Below are positions 53,855-63,287 of a stretch of DNA of 64,000 nucleotides, in pieces. The notes under the pieces were generated by a model, which saw only the letters and a program-made list of their open reading frames with translations, was not told the DNA's origin and searched no databases. The DNA comes from a virus (lineage: Duplodnaviria; Caudoviricetes). Made by a program: the position numbers and the translations under genes. The stretch lies in the IMG/VR virus record IMGVR_UViG_3300021960_000017; one strand, 5' to 3'. Numbering within the stretch: position 1 is the stretch's first letter; each line of letters opens with the position of its first letter.

Positions 53855-56809
53855 ATGAAAATAAATGAAGCAGTTCAGCAGGTTGTAGCCATATATCCTG
53901 GCAGATTTCACCCTTTCCATAAGGGTCACGCCAGCGTCTACAACTATCTTCGCAACAAGTTCGACACTGTTTTCATTGCTACAAGTGATAAAGTAGACCC
54001 GCCACGCAGTCCTTTTAGTTTTGCTGAAAAGCGAGAAATGATGATTGCTGCTGGTATTCCGCCCAGTGCTATTGTCCAAACTAAAAATCCTTATCAAGCA
54101 CAAGAAATACTACAAGCATACGACCCAGCAACAACCGCAGTTGTGTTTGCTGTTAGCGAAAAGGATATGGCTGAAGATCCTAGATTTAGTTTTGCTAATA
54201 AGAAAGACGGGTCCCCAAGTTATTTCCAGCCTATGGCGCCAAACGCAAAACAAATGCAGTCCTTTGACAAGCATGGTTATATTACTACAGTGCCTACACT
54301 AGATTTTACTGTAGCAGGCGAACCCATGCGTAGTGCTACAGAGCTACGCCGCAACTTTGCAAATGCTGATCCCGAAACTCAAAAGACAATGGTCAATGAT
54401 TTGTATGGTGCGTATAATGATAGAGTTTACCAAATACTAAGCAGCAAACTTGCAGAAAGTTTAATGTTAGAAGACTATGCTAAACTAACCAATATTATAA
54501 ATCGTATCTGGCAACTAGACCTAGAACGTCCACTAAACGAAGAAGTTAAACGCAAAGTTCTAGCAAACATAAAGTTGGCTACAGAAGCCTGGAGCGAAAA
54601 GTACAAGCGTAGCATAAACTGCAACAATCCAAAAGGATTTAGCCAACGAGCTCATTGTCAGGGTCGCAAAAAGAACGAAGACATAAATGAAGCATTTGAT
54701 AGTCCTTATCCACTGGAATGGCAAGTCGAAGCACCCAATGAGTATAGTGCTTGGGCAAAAATTCCTTTTCAAGGTGGCGATTTTAGCTGGTTAAATGTGG
54801 ACTTTGATCAACCAACACAGGGCAATTTTGCTATTGAATTTACACTAGGCGGCAGAACCAAAGCATCAGGGAAAGGAGATGAGTTTAGGATTTTCGCTAC
54901 TGTTATAGAAGCAATTAAGCAGTGGTGGAAAAAAATAGATCAACGATTTGTTGATAGCATATACTTTAGTGCATCAAAAGATCCTAACGACAGCGAACGC
55001 AGACATGTATTATATTCAAGATTTGCTAAACAACTTGCTAGCCAGATTGGTTATACACTTGACGTAACAGATAAAGGCAGATCAGTATCATTTCTTTTAA
55101 CCGCACCAAAGAGAACGTATCAAGTTAAAGAAGAGAGCGGACCTGAGGTCACAATGTGGACTAACCCAGACTGGTTTGGTGCAGATGTAGACACTGACTA
55201 TTGGAATAAACAGCCTGTTAAAGTAATAGACATAGACAAGCTCGTCCCTTATGAACCAGAAGATAAGATGCAGGATCCCAAGTCTGCTGCTAATATGCAG
55301 GCTATTGCTAAAAGGATTCAAGCAGGCGAAAAGATAGATCCTATTGTTATCAGCAAACATGAAGGCAAATGGTTGATACTAGATGGGCATCATAGATACT
55401 TTGCTAGTAAATTAGCTGGTGCTAAAAAAGTAAGAGTGGTAGTAGTAGATCCTAAATATATCACATGGCGTGATGATGTGCCAGATGAGGATTATTATAA
55501 CGAAGTATTAGAGAACCAATACAGCGACCTGGAACTAGCAATCATGGAAGGCGGCCACAGTCTAGAAGAAGGTGTTGGGCGTGATGTTGCTAACTGGGCA
55601 AAGAGACAGTATAGAAAAGTAGTACCCTTTACACAAGCAGATACAAAAGACATGATTGACAACATTGCTAAAGAAAAGGGTATAGATCCTCGTGTTATGC
55701 AAGCAATGGCAGACAAAGAATCTTCTTATAATACTGGCGCAATTGGCGACAAGGGCAAGTCACATGGGTTATTCCAGTTACAAAATATTGCAGTAAAAGA
55801 CATCAATGACTGGTATAAAACAGATTATACTGACAGTGATAGAATGGATCCTGAGACCAATGCTCGTATGGCTGCTATGTATTTACAATTAGCAAAAGAC
55901 AAATACGGTGCTAAAAATGATGCGGAAGCTATCGCTATGTTTAATGGCGGACCCAAGGCCTTAACTAACCGAAATGCAATAAATTATGCCAGAGATGTTG
56001 TAAGCAGAATGAAACGCAACCAACAACGAGTGGTTAGAGAAGCAGGCGTAGGCAAGATTACCAAACAAAATGCAACCAAAGACGCTCCTATTGGCAGCGA
56101 GTTTGCTAATGTTAAAAAGTTAGGTTTGGGTAGCGGCAAGCCACCTGAACTACACAAAAAGGCTCGTAAGAACAGCGACCCAAATACATTATTCAATATT
56201 GGATTGGCGGAAGGCAAAGAAGGCAGTTACCTACTACAACTAGAGCGTGACGATGATCTGCTAGTATTACACATTACACATAGCAGAACAGGCAAGCGCA
56301 CCGAAGTGCGTGGCAAACCAGATTACGAGGGTGATGGATACGATCCCAATGATCAACTGCACCAATTGCTTGACAAGATTGGTAAGGCAGCAAGCATTAG
56401 CGACTTAATGAATGGCGAACTAGTAAGCATCAACCCTGTTCATCCACAGGGCCCAAGTGCTAAAGCACATGCTGAAAAAGCATTTGTAAGTGAGGACTTT
56501 GCTCAAGACCTAGAAGCAGAATTTCCTGGATTAGACTTAGATTTGTATACGACACGATCAGGTTACATATTGAGCAAGATTGTTCTTCCAGTAGGTGAAC
56601 GCAACGAAGGCACTGGCAGCAAAGTAATGCAACGAATTGTTGACATGGCTGATCAGGAAGGAAAACTTATTGCACTAACACCTGATACTGCATTTGGTGG
56701 CACAAAGAGTAGACTAATAAAGTTCTACAAGCGTTTTGGTTTTGTGCCCAACAAGGGACGCAACAAGACTTTTGATTTTAGAGAAATAATGGTTCGCTAT
56801 CCAAATTAA
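53855..56809 (+). CDS. Modular protein: HxGH nucleotidyltransferase + ParB/Srx-like + lytic transglycosylase (SLT) + GNAT
   Basis: YPGRFHPFHKGH; ILDGHHRY; AMADKESS...GLFQL...AMFNGG; GTGSKVM...RLIKFYKRFGF. Confidence 0.8.
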   Translation: MKINEAVQQVVAIYPGRFHPFHKGHASVYNYLRNKFDTVFIATSDKVDPPRSPFSFAEKREMMIAAGIPPSAIVQTKNPYQAQEILQAYDPATTAVVFAVSEKDMAEDPRFSFANKKDGSPSYFQPMAPNAKQMQSFDKHGYITTVPTLDFTVAGEPMRSATELRRNFANADPETQKTMVNDLYGAYNDRVYQILSSKLAESLMLEDYAKLTNIINRIWQLDLERPLNEEVKRKVLANIKLATEAWSEKYKRSINCNNPKGFSQRAHCQGRKKNEDINEAFDSPYPLEWQVEAPNEYSAWAKIPFQGGDFSWLNVDFDQPTQGNFAIEFTLGGRTKASGKGDEFRIFATVIEAIKQWWKKIDQRFVDSIYFSASKDPNDSERRHVLYSRFAKQLASQIGYTLDVTDKGRSVSFLLTAPKRTYQVKEESGPEVTMWTNPDWFGADVDTDYWNKQPVKVIDIDKLVPYEPEDKMQDPKSAANMQAIAKRIQAGEKIDPIVISKHEGKWLILDGHHRYFASKLAGAKKVRVVVVDPKYITWRDDVPDEDYYNEVLENQYSDLELAIMEGGHSLEEGVGRDVANWAKRQYRKVVPFTQADTKDMIDNIAKEKGIDPRVMQAMADKESSYNTGAIGDKGKSHGLFQLQNIAVKDINDWYKTDYTDSDRMDPETNARMAAMYLQLAKDKYGAKNDAEAIAMFNGGPKALTNRNAINYARDVVSRMKRNQQRVVREAGVGKITKQNATKDAPIGSEFANVKKLGLGSGKPPELHKKARKNSDPNTLFNIGLAEGKEGSYLLQLERDDDLLVLHITHSRTGKRTEVRGKPDYEGDGYDPNDQLHQLLDKIGKAASISDLMNGELVSINPVHPQGPSAKAHAEKAFVSEDFAQDLEAEFPGLDLDLYTTRSGYILSKIVLPVGERNEGTGSKVMQRIVDMADQEGKLIALTPDTAFGGTKSRLIKFYKRFGFVPNKGRNKTFDFREIMVRYPN

Positions 56810-56824
56810 AAAAAGAGACCATCA

Positions 56825-57823
56825 ATGAAAAAAACATTGTTAATTACATTTGGTTGTAGTTGGGTCTACGGCGTTGGCGTTAATTATGAAGAAGGCATGT
56901 CCCGGGAAGATTATCAGCTGAATGCGTGGAATCCTGAACTATGTGATGAATACAGTTTTAGAGGTTTAATTAAAAAAAATTTAAATATTGATACTAAGAA
57001 TTTTTCCTTAGGTGGCAGTAGCAATCAAATGCAATTTAGAGAGGCAAAACAATATTTTTTCTCTCAACAATTTATAGACCACAAAGATAGTTACGATAAC
57101 ATTATTGTTTTATGGGGTATTACCTCAACTGCCAGAAATGAGTTTTATTCTGTAGAGGACAAAACATTCCTAAACGTCCTTTACAATACATTTTTTGATA
57201 AATTTGACCCACTTGCTAAAAGCATAACGAAAAAAAATTATGACCTTATAAAACGTCCTAACTGGCCTTCGTGGGAAGATTATAATAATCTTAACCTAGA
57301 CAATATTGATTTAGAAACTTTAAAACAAATTGTTATATCTGAAAAATTACATTTACGAGATATGCAAAAATCTACTACTTTTAGACATCTGTTGGAACAC
57401 ATATTAGGAAAATTTTCCTGGGACGTGGATGCAGCAATATATGAACTTTCGCTAGAGATTAAACTTTTTAATAGTTTTTTCGAAAGTAGTAACATAAAAT
57501 TTTTATGGTATGATTTGTTTAATCACCATGATTATAAAAAAAGTTTTAAAAAATTTGTTGATCCAAGGGCAGAGTGGTTCGAACTAAAAAATTTTTTACA
57601 GTATGATAACAAATCAAGAGACATATTATCCTTAATATTAAAAAATAATAATAGTTTTGTAAAGGACATAGCATATCATTTATCTGAGTGGAAAGATGAC
57701 AATAAAAAAATAAATATGGGTGTAAAGAAAAAGTTATTAAATCCAATTAGTTTTCATCCTACTAAATTGGGGCACGTAGAGATAGCAAAAGTCTTACAAC
57801 CAGAAATAGAAAGGTTTGTTTGA
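56825..57823 (+). CDS. SGNH-like hypothetical protein
   Basis: FGCSWVYG, GGSSN, SFHPTKLGH; internal WPSWEDY module. Confidence 0.55.
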   Translation: MKKTLLITFGCSWVYGVGVNYEEGMSREDYQLNAWNPELCDEYSFRGLIKKNLNIDTKNFSLGGSSNQMQFREAKQYFFSQQFIDHKDSYDNIIVLWGITSTARNEFYSVEDKTFLNVLYNTFFDKFDPLAKSITKKNYDLIKRPNWPSWEDYNNLNLDNIDLETLKQIVISEKLHLRDMQKSTTFRHLLEHILGKFSWDVDAAIYELSLEIKLFNSFFESSNIKFLWYDLFNHHDYKKSFKKFVDPRAEWFELKNFLQYDNKSRDILSLILKNNNSFVKDIAYHLSEWKDDNKKINMGVKKKLLNPISFHPTKLGHVEIAKVLQPEIERFV

Positions 57824-58308
57824 TGTCCAAAGAAAAAGATGTAATAATACACTTTGTACGATTCTGCAAAGACCAACTAAAATTGCCTACAGTGCCCAAA
57901 ATTATTATTAAAGACAAAATTGACGACACAACATTTGGCCAATACAATACGCTAAAGAAAGACATTAGTATACGCACTGGCGACAGACATATTATGGATG
58001 TCTTGAGAACCCTAGCACACGAGCTAGTGCACCATGGCCAGAGACTAATTACACCAGACCTAGATGGAAGCGATGGAAGCGCACATGAAAATCAAGCCAA
58101 TGCTATCGCTGGAGTATTACTTCGTAAATATGGTGAGGACAATCCCAAACTCTACGAACATCTAGAAGAAAGAGCAAGCATAGGAGTACCATTAAGTAGT
58201 GGACTTACGGTAACTATTGCGCCACACAGAGCTCTGAAAGTTAAAAAATCCACACCGGGGAGGCATAGCTATGGAAACCCTAAACCTAAAAGAAAAAATT
58301 CTAAATGA
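57820..58308 (+). CDS. HExxH metallopeptidase-like protein
   Basis: TLAHELVHH ... HENQANA. Confidence 0.7.
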   Translation: MMSKEKDVIIHFVRFCKDQLKLPTVPKIIIKDKIDDTTFGQYNTLKKDISIRTGDRHIMDVLRTLAHELVHHGQRLITPDLDGSDGSAHENQANAIAGVLLRKYGEDNPKLYEHLEERASIGVPLSSGLTVTIAPHRALKVKKSTPGRHSYGNPKPKRKNSK

Positions 58309-58594
58309 GGAGAAACTATATGAAAACAAACTACAACAGTGTCTTGAAGAACTTGAACAACTCATTGAAGATTTTAAAGGTCGTGCCAAACCAGGTAGTA
58401 GACCAGGCAGTCTAAAGCGTAAAGCAAGTCAGTATCTGGGCAAAGGAGTAGGCAATAAATTAAGTAAAAGTGAACTAAGACGACTAAGAGCAAAGGCAAA
58501 CAAGATGCGTACCAGTGGTAATAAAGCTGAACGCAAGCGTGGCATACAGCTAGGTCGTCAAGTAAGTTTTGCTTTCAATATGCGGAAAGAATAA
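58271..58594 (+). CDS. Basic hypothetical protein
   Basis: Acidic N-terminus, very Lys/Arg-rich C-terminus. Confidence 0.65.
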   Translation: METLNLKEKILNEEKLYENKLQQCLEELEQLIEDFKGRAKPGSRPGSLKRKASQYLGKGVGNKLSKSELRRLRAKANKMRTSGNKAERKRGIQLGRQVSFAFNMRKE

Positions 58595-58857
58595 TGAAAC
58601 TAGAGTGTGAGATATTAACAGAAGACTATAGTAACACCCCTGCTTACAGGGTATTTGTTAATGGCGAGCTAATGACTGAACGTGATTATGTTGTACCACC
58701 AGGCGAAGTAGGACATTACAATTTTATGTGTTACTTAACTTTGCCCGGTGGTGAAAATAAACTTGAAATTCAAGGAATAGGTCATAAGTTTAATATAGGC
58801 ACGATGTGGTTAGATGACAAACAAATAGCTCACAACCAAGGAGTATTTCAGATATGA
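58594..58857 (+). CDS. Hypothetical protein
   Basis: TAATG coupling. Confidence 0.65.
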   Translation: MKLECEILTEDYSNTPAYRVFVNGELMTERDYVVPPGEVGHYNFMCYLTLPGGENKLEIQGIGHKFNIGTMWLDDKQIAHNQGVFQI

Positions 58858-59060
58858 GAATAGACGAATTATTAGAAACAGCAAGCGCAGGTGCTACAAG
58901 CAGCGGCAATATTGCCACTGTGGCAAACCCTACAGTTGCTAGAGGCAAAGGCAAACCAAAAATGCAAAAACCTACTGATAATGCTCTGGATATGGATGCT
59001 AATTTGTTTAGTGGCGGTGCTATTAAGAGAAACACTTCAAAGCCATTAGGTGCTTTGTAG
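58854..59060 (+). CDS. Putative internal virion protein
   Basis: MRIDELLE leader. Confidence 0.6.
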   Translation: MRIDELLETASAGATSSGNIATVANPTVARGKGKPKMQKPTDNALDMDANLFSGGAIKRNTSKPLGAL

Positions 59061-59095
59061 CATAAATACATATATAATCTTTTAAAGGTACAACT

Positions 59096-60190
59096 ATGAG
59101 ATTCCGCGATTTTAAACCAGTTGTTAAAGAGAGCAAAACTCCAGAGCAAATTAAACTTGACTACTGTAGAGGGCTTATTACAAAAGAAGACGCGGTTTCT
59201 AGTCTTAAAAAGTTAGCGGAAGAAACTGACGCTGAAAAAGAATTTAATGCAGCATTTGATAAAGAATACAAAAAAGCATTTGGCGACAAAAAGCCAGCAC
59301 AATCTAAAAGAGAGCCTGAAAAATTTGGTGGTCTCGGAAGCCAGCAAGCATACGACGAATATAAACAAGATTTAGAAAAAAGACAAGCATCTATGCTTAT
59401 GCGCCGTGCCAAACCAGGCGACGCAATGGATCCTTGGGATCCAGATGATGGTAATGTATATAAAGACGAAACAACATGGCATTTAGATCCGAATTTTTCA
59501 GGATCACCAGGCGACTTTGAGCAACCTTGGATGAAAGTAAACACAAAATATACAGTAGGCCCAGATGGTCGTATAGATTTTGGGCAGCGTAAACCCTACA
59601 AAGACGACAGACCTCCTCAATACCAAGAATTATCAGATAAAGAATGGGCTGCATTTAAAAAATCTCAACTAAGAGTAGATTATCCAAATACTCCTAATGA
59701 CAAATTGCCATGGTACTTAAGAAAGGACGATCCAGATTTTGTACCATATATGAGCGGCAAAAAACCATCAGGTGGTGATGCAGATCCAGCTGGTATGACT
59801 GGTGCTACTGCCGCTGGTACTCCATCAAGGGGTGGTGATGCAGATCCAGGCGGTATGACTGGTGCTGATGCTGCTGGTACTCCAGCAAAACCATCAGGCA
59901 AAGGACCTAACTTACAAACTAATTTAGGTAGAAGTAGAACTGACAAATCAAATCAGTCTGACGATACTGGGCCAGATGATAAAGAAGCAGCCCGTATTGC
60001 AAAAAGATCAGAAAAAAGACAAGCAGCGAAACAAGATAGTTTAGACGACTTGAGTTTTGGCAACGCATTTAAAAGAGCCCGTAAAGCACATGGCGGCGCC
60101 GGCGGCATATTTACTTGGCGTGGTAGAAGATACCAAACAAATATAAAAGGCGAACGATATGTTAAGAATCCAACGCCGGTACAAATATAA
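59096..60190 (+). CDS. Putative internal virion protein with 20-aa tandem repeat
   Basis: MRFRDF leader; late motif upstream; C-terminal SFGNAFKRARK...FTWRGRRYQT. Confidence 0.65.
   Translation: MRFRDFKPVVKESKTPEQIKLDYCRGLITKEDAVSSLKKLAEETDAEKEFNAAFDKEYKKAFGDKKPAQSKREPEKFGGLGSQQAYDEYKQDLEKRQASMLMRRAKPGDAMDPWDPDDGNVYKDETTWHLDPNFSGSPGDFEQPWMKVNTKYTVGPDGRIDFGQRKPYKDDRPPQYQELSDKEWAAFKKSQLRVDYPNTPNDKLPWYLRKDDPDFVPYMSGKKPSGGDADPAGMTGATAAGTPSRGGDADPGGMTGADAAGTPAKPSGKGPNLQTNLGRSRTDKSNQSDDTGPDDKEAARIAKRSEKRQAAKQDSLDDLSFGNAFKRARKAHGGAGGIFTWRGRRYQTNIKGERYVKNPTPVQI
59771..59890 (+). repeat. Two in-frame 60-bp tandem repeat units
   Basis: GGDADPAGMTGATAAGTPSR / GGDADPGGMTGADAAGTPAK. Confidence 0.9.
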
Positions 60191-60202
60191 CTAGGAAAAA
60201 AC

Positions 60203-60748
60203 ATGAAAGACATACTTAACAAACTTGATAAAATCTTAAATGAAGGCATGCTAGGCGACATGGCACATGCCTGTGAAGCAGATCATGAAGTTCAGATGGC
60301 TCGTGCAGATCTTTTCAAGATTGCAAAGTATGCTATTAAACTACATGACATGATGAAAAATGTTAGCGAAATGGAAGGCATCCAGGGCTGGCAGCAAGCA
60401 AAGATTACAAAGGCTGCTGATTATTTAAGCAGCGTTTATCACAATTTAGACTATGAAATGAGTCCACTTAACCAAGCTCCAGAAGGTTCAGACACTGATG
60501 AAGTTATGGCACAGATGGCTTATGATCTTGCCGCTGATGATGAAATTGAAGAAGATAAAGTTCCATTGCCACCAAAGCGTCCAGAACCAAAGGCAGCGTC
60601 ATACACTGATGCACAGAGAAAATCAATGGACGATGCAGTAGACGTAATTACAAAGTCAGCAGAAGAAGAAGATGCAAAAAAGCGTAGAAACGAATCTACA
60701 GACTTAGGTAGAGCAACTAGAAAATTCAGCGATTGGGGAAAAAGATGA
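60203..60748 (+). CDS. Putative head-associated protein
   Basis: DHEVQMARADL...WQQAKITKAADYLSSVYH core; Glu-delimited segments. Confidence 0.65.
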   Translation: MKDILNKLDKILNEGMLGDMAHACEADHEVQMARADLFKIAKYAIKLHDMMKNVSEMEGIQGWQQAKITKAADYLSSVYHNLDYEMSPLNQAPEGSDTDEVMAQMAYDLAADDEIEEDKVPLPPKRPEPKAASYTDAQRKSMDDAVDVITKSAEEEDAKKRRNESTDLGRATRKFSDWGKR

Positions 60749-61263
60749 ACGACTTTACAAGCCTAGTTAAAAAACTAAACGAGATTAGTGACAGAGCAGA
60801 AGTTACTACAATTAATGAAAGTGTAGAACAGCCTGTAGCACGAACATCTAGTGATGTGAAGTCAACAGCAAAAATCCTACGCAAGTTTAGTGAAATTGAA
60901 TCTGAAATCGTTGCTGAAGAAGCTCAAGCAAAAGAAGATGTTACTAGCGATATCAGCAATCGTTTTAGAGAGTTTATGAAAAGCGAAGTTGGTCAGGGTA
61001 ATGACCTTGAATCAGTAAACACTGCTGTTCACGAAGCCCACACAACTGCAACTATTTTATCAGGAAGCATAGGTGTACTAGCTGACAGTTTAAAGCGTCA
61101 ACTAGAAGCTACAAAAGAAGGTGGCGTATTACAACGCATGGTAGAACGTGAAGGTGGCGATACAACTCACATTGCAAAGGCATACGAAGCTCTTAAATTA
61201 GCCGCAGAGGCTCTTGACGCAGCACATATGTATGCAGTAAAATTAGACGACCAAAAGAAGTAG
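60745..61263 (+). CDS. Putative head-associated/scaffold-like protein
   Basis: Helical, Glu-rich; KKLNE leader. Confidence 0.6.
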   Translation: MNDFTSLVKKLNEISDRAEVTTINESVEQPVARTSSDVKSTAKILRKFSEIESEIVAEEAQAKEDVTSDISNRFREFMKSEVGQGNDLESVNTAVHEAHTTATILSGSIGVLADSLKRQLEATKEGGVLQRMVEREGGDTTHIAKAYEALKLAAEALDAAHMYAVKLDDQKK

Positions 61264-61273
61264 AGAAAAAATT

Positions 61274-61927
61274 ATGAGAGCATTTGAGTTTACCAACGAA
61301 CAAACAAAAGTTGCCCCGTTAACCAGAGTTGCACCACTCACTAGAGTTGCTCCTGGTACCCGTGTTACAGGAAGTGAACCTAGTAGATGGGCAAAAAGTA
61401 TGGGTAGCGATGCTGCTGCTAATGAAAAGAAACGAGCAGAAATATTAGCTCGTATGGAACGAGAACGCCCTGATTTCGAAAGAGCTGTACAAGGTCTGTC
61501 TGATACAGAATTAGCTGCTGCCAGAGAAAAGTATGCACAAAGTTTAGGACTAAGAAATGCACAGGCTATGATAAACCTAGCAACAGGTTATGAAGCAGGC
61601 ACAGGACAAATTAATCCAGATTACGACAAAGAACTACAAGCAAACAAAGCAGCCAATACTCAGGATATGACACAATATGGTGCTGCCAGAAGAGGTAACG
61701 CAAGTGTGCAATCTCCTTTTATAAGTTCACAACCTAAAAAGGCTGAGCCTGCACCTACACCAGCAGCACCTACACCTGCTCCGAAAGCAGATGCAGATGA
61801 TAACCAAGGCCAATCTCAGGTTGATGCTGTTGCTAAACAAGGACGTTCACAAGTTAATGCTGTTGCCAAATCAGGCATGGATGCTGTAAATGCATTAATG
61901 AGGAACGCTGGTTTAAGAGTAAGATAA
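61274..61927 (+). CDS. Putative internal virion protein
   Basis: MRAFEF leader; VAPLTR x2 / VAPGTR micro-repeat. Confidence 0.6.
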   Translation: MRAFEFTNEQTKVAPLTRVAPLTRVAPGTRVTGSEPSRWAKSMGSDAAANEKKRAEILARMERERPDFERAVQGLSDTELAAAREKYAQSLGLRNAQAMINLATGYEAGTGQINPDYDKELQANKAANTQDMTQYGAARRGNASVQSPFISSQPKKAEPAPTPAAPTPAPKADADDNQGQSQVDAVAKQGRSQVNAVAKSGMDAVNALMRNAGLRVR

Positions 61928-62118
61928 TGCGAGCAAAAGAGTTTCAACCTAAAGCATTGACTGAAGCAGAATTTGACGAAGCAGCAGGTGAAAAGGATGC
62001 TTGCTATCGTAAAGTTAAAGCTCGTTACAAAGTATGGCCCAGTGCATATGCTAGTGGTGCTCTAGTAAAGTGTCGCAAAGTGGGTGCTGCCAACTGGGGA
62101 AACAAGAGTAAAAAGTAA
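61927..62118 (+). CDS. Small basic Cys-containing protein
   Basis: MRAKEF leader; DACYRKVKARYKVWPSAYASGALVKCRK. Confidence 0.7.
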   Translation: MRAKEFQPKALTEAEFDEAAGEKDACYRKVKARYKVWPSAYASGALVKCRKVGAANWGNKSKK

Positions 62119-62372
62119 TGCTTATTACAGAAGTAGTACAAGAGGATCTACGAAAATGGTTCAAAGAGAAATGGGTTCGCTTTGGTCCTGACGGTAAGAT
62201 ACGTGGAGATTGTGCTAGAGGTAGTGAAAGCGAAGGTAAGCCTAAATGTTTGCCACAAAAGAAAGCACACGCATTAGGTAAAAAAGGGCGCAAGACGGCA
62301 GCAAGTCGTAAACGCAGGGAAGATCCCGATAAAAACAGACGCGGCAAAGCAAAAAACGTCGCTACAAAGTAG
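62118..62372 (+). CDS. Small basic Cys-containing protein
   Basis: MLITE leader; LRKWFKEKWV...KPKCLP. Confidence 0.7.
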   Translation: MLITEVVQEDLRKWFKEKWVRFGPDGKIRGDCARGSESEGKPKCLPQKKAHALGKKGRKTAASRKRREDPDKNRRGKAKNVATK

Positions 62373-62381
62373 AAATAAACT

Positions 62382-63287
62382 ATGCTATTTTTAAATTACG
62401 CTGAGTTTTATTTAACCAACGTATGTAATTTGTCATGTCCAGGCTGTAACAGGTTTAACAGTTTTAATTTTAAAGGGCATCAACGTTGGTCAGATTTAAA
62501 AGACACTTATACTAAATGGGCTAAAGTTTTACACCTAGGCAATTTTGGGATTTTGGGCGGAGAACCATTACTAAATCCTAATTTTATGGATTGGTTAATT
62601 GGAACAACTGACTTATGGCCCAAATCAACATGTAGGTTAACTACAAATGGTTTTAGACTTAATAAAGTCAAAGGCTTGTACGATGTATTAAAAAGTCGTC
62701 CTAAAATTCAAATGTCAGTTGGTATTCATAATAAAATGCACAAGCGGGAAATAATGAATATTTTAGAAGAATTCCTTGCTGGGCCGCTTAAAATAGAACA
62801 CGATAATTCTAATAAATATCAGCAAAAGTTGTATATCACCGATTCTAATGATGTAAAAGTTAGAGTAGAATATAATTGGTGGTTTCATCAGGGAGCAATC
62901 ATTCCTAACGATCAAGGAAAGTTAACTTTGCATAACAGTGATCCAGATAAAGCGCATAGTATTTGCCACAGTTCAGAATGTCATCATTTTGCATATGGCA
63001 AATTATACAAATGCGGCGCCAGTGCGCTGTTTTCAGAGTTTGACGAACAGATAGGTTTAGAACTAGATTCTAAAGATAGAGAATTAATTAATAATGTAAA
63101 TTCATTATCAGTGGATGACGATTTAGAAACACAAAAACTGTTTATAGAAAATATAAAAAACCCTATACCACAATGTAAATTTTGTCCTGAAGTTTATATT
63201 GGAGATCAAATTTTTGCCTTAAAGAAAAAGGATATATTGGCCCAGCAACGAGAGAGTACAAATGAGATTTTCCGAGTTAACACATAA
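62382..63287 (+). CDS. Radical SAM protein
   Basis: CNLSCPGC, LGGEPLL, TTNG, C-terminal CHS..C..C / CKFC. Confidence 0.88.
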   Translation: MLFLNYAEFYLTNVCNLSCPGCNRFNSFNFKGHQRWSDLKDTYTKWAKVLHLGNFGILGGEPLLNPNFMDWLIGTTDLWPKSTCRLTTNGFRLNKVKGLYDVLKSRPKIQMSVGIHNKMHKREIMNILEEFLAGPLKIEHDNSNKYQQKLYITDSNDVKVRVEYNWWFHQGAIIPNDQGKLTLHNSDPDKAHSICHSSECHHFAYGKLYKCGASALFSEFDEQIGLELDSKDRELINNVNSLSVDDDLETQKLFIENIKNPIPQCKFCPEVYIGDQIFALKKKDILAQQRESTNEIFRVNT

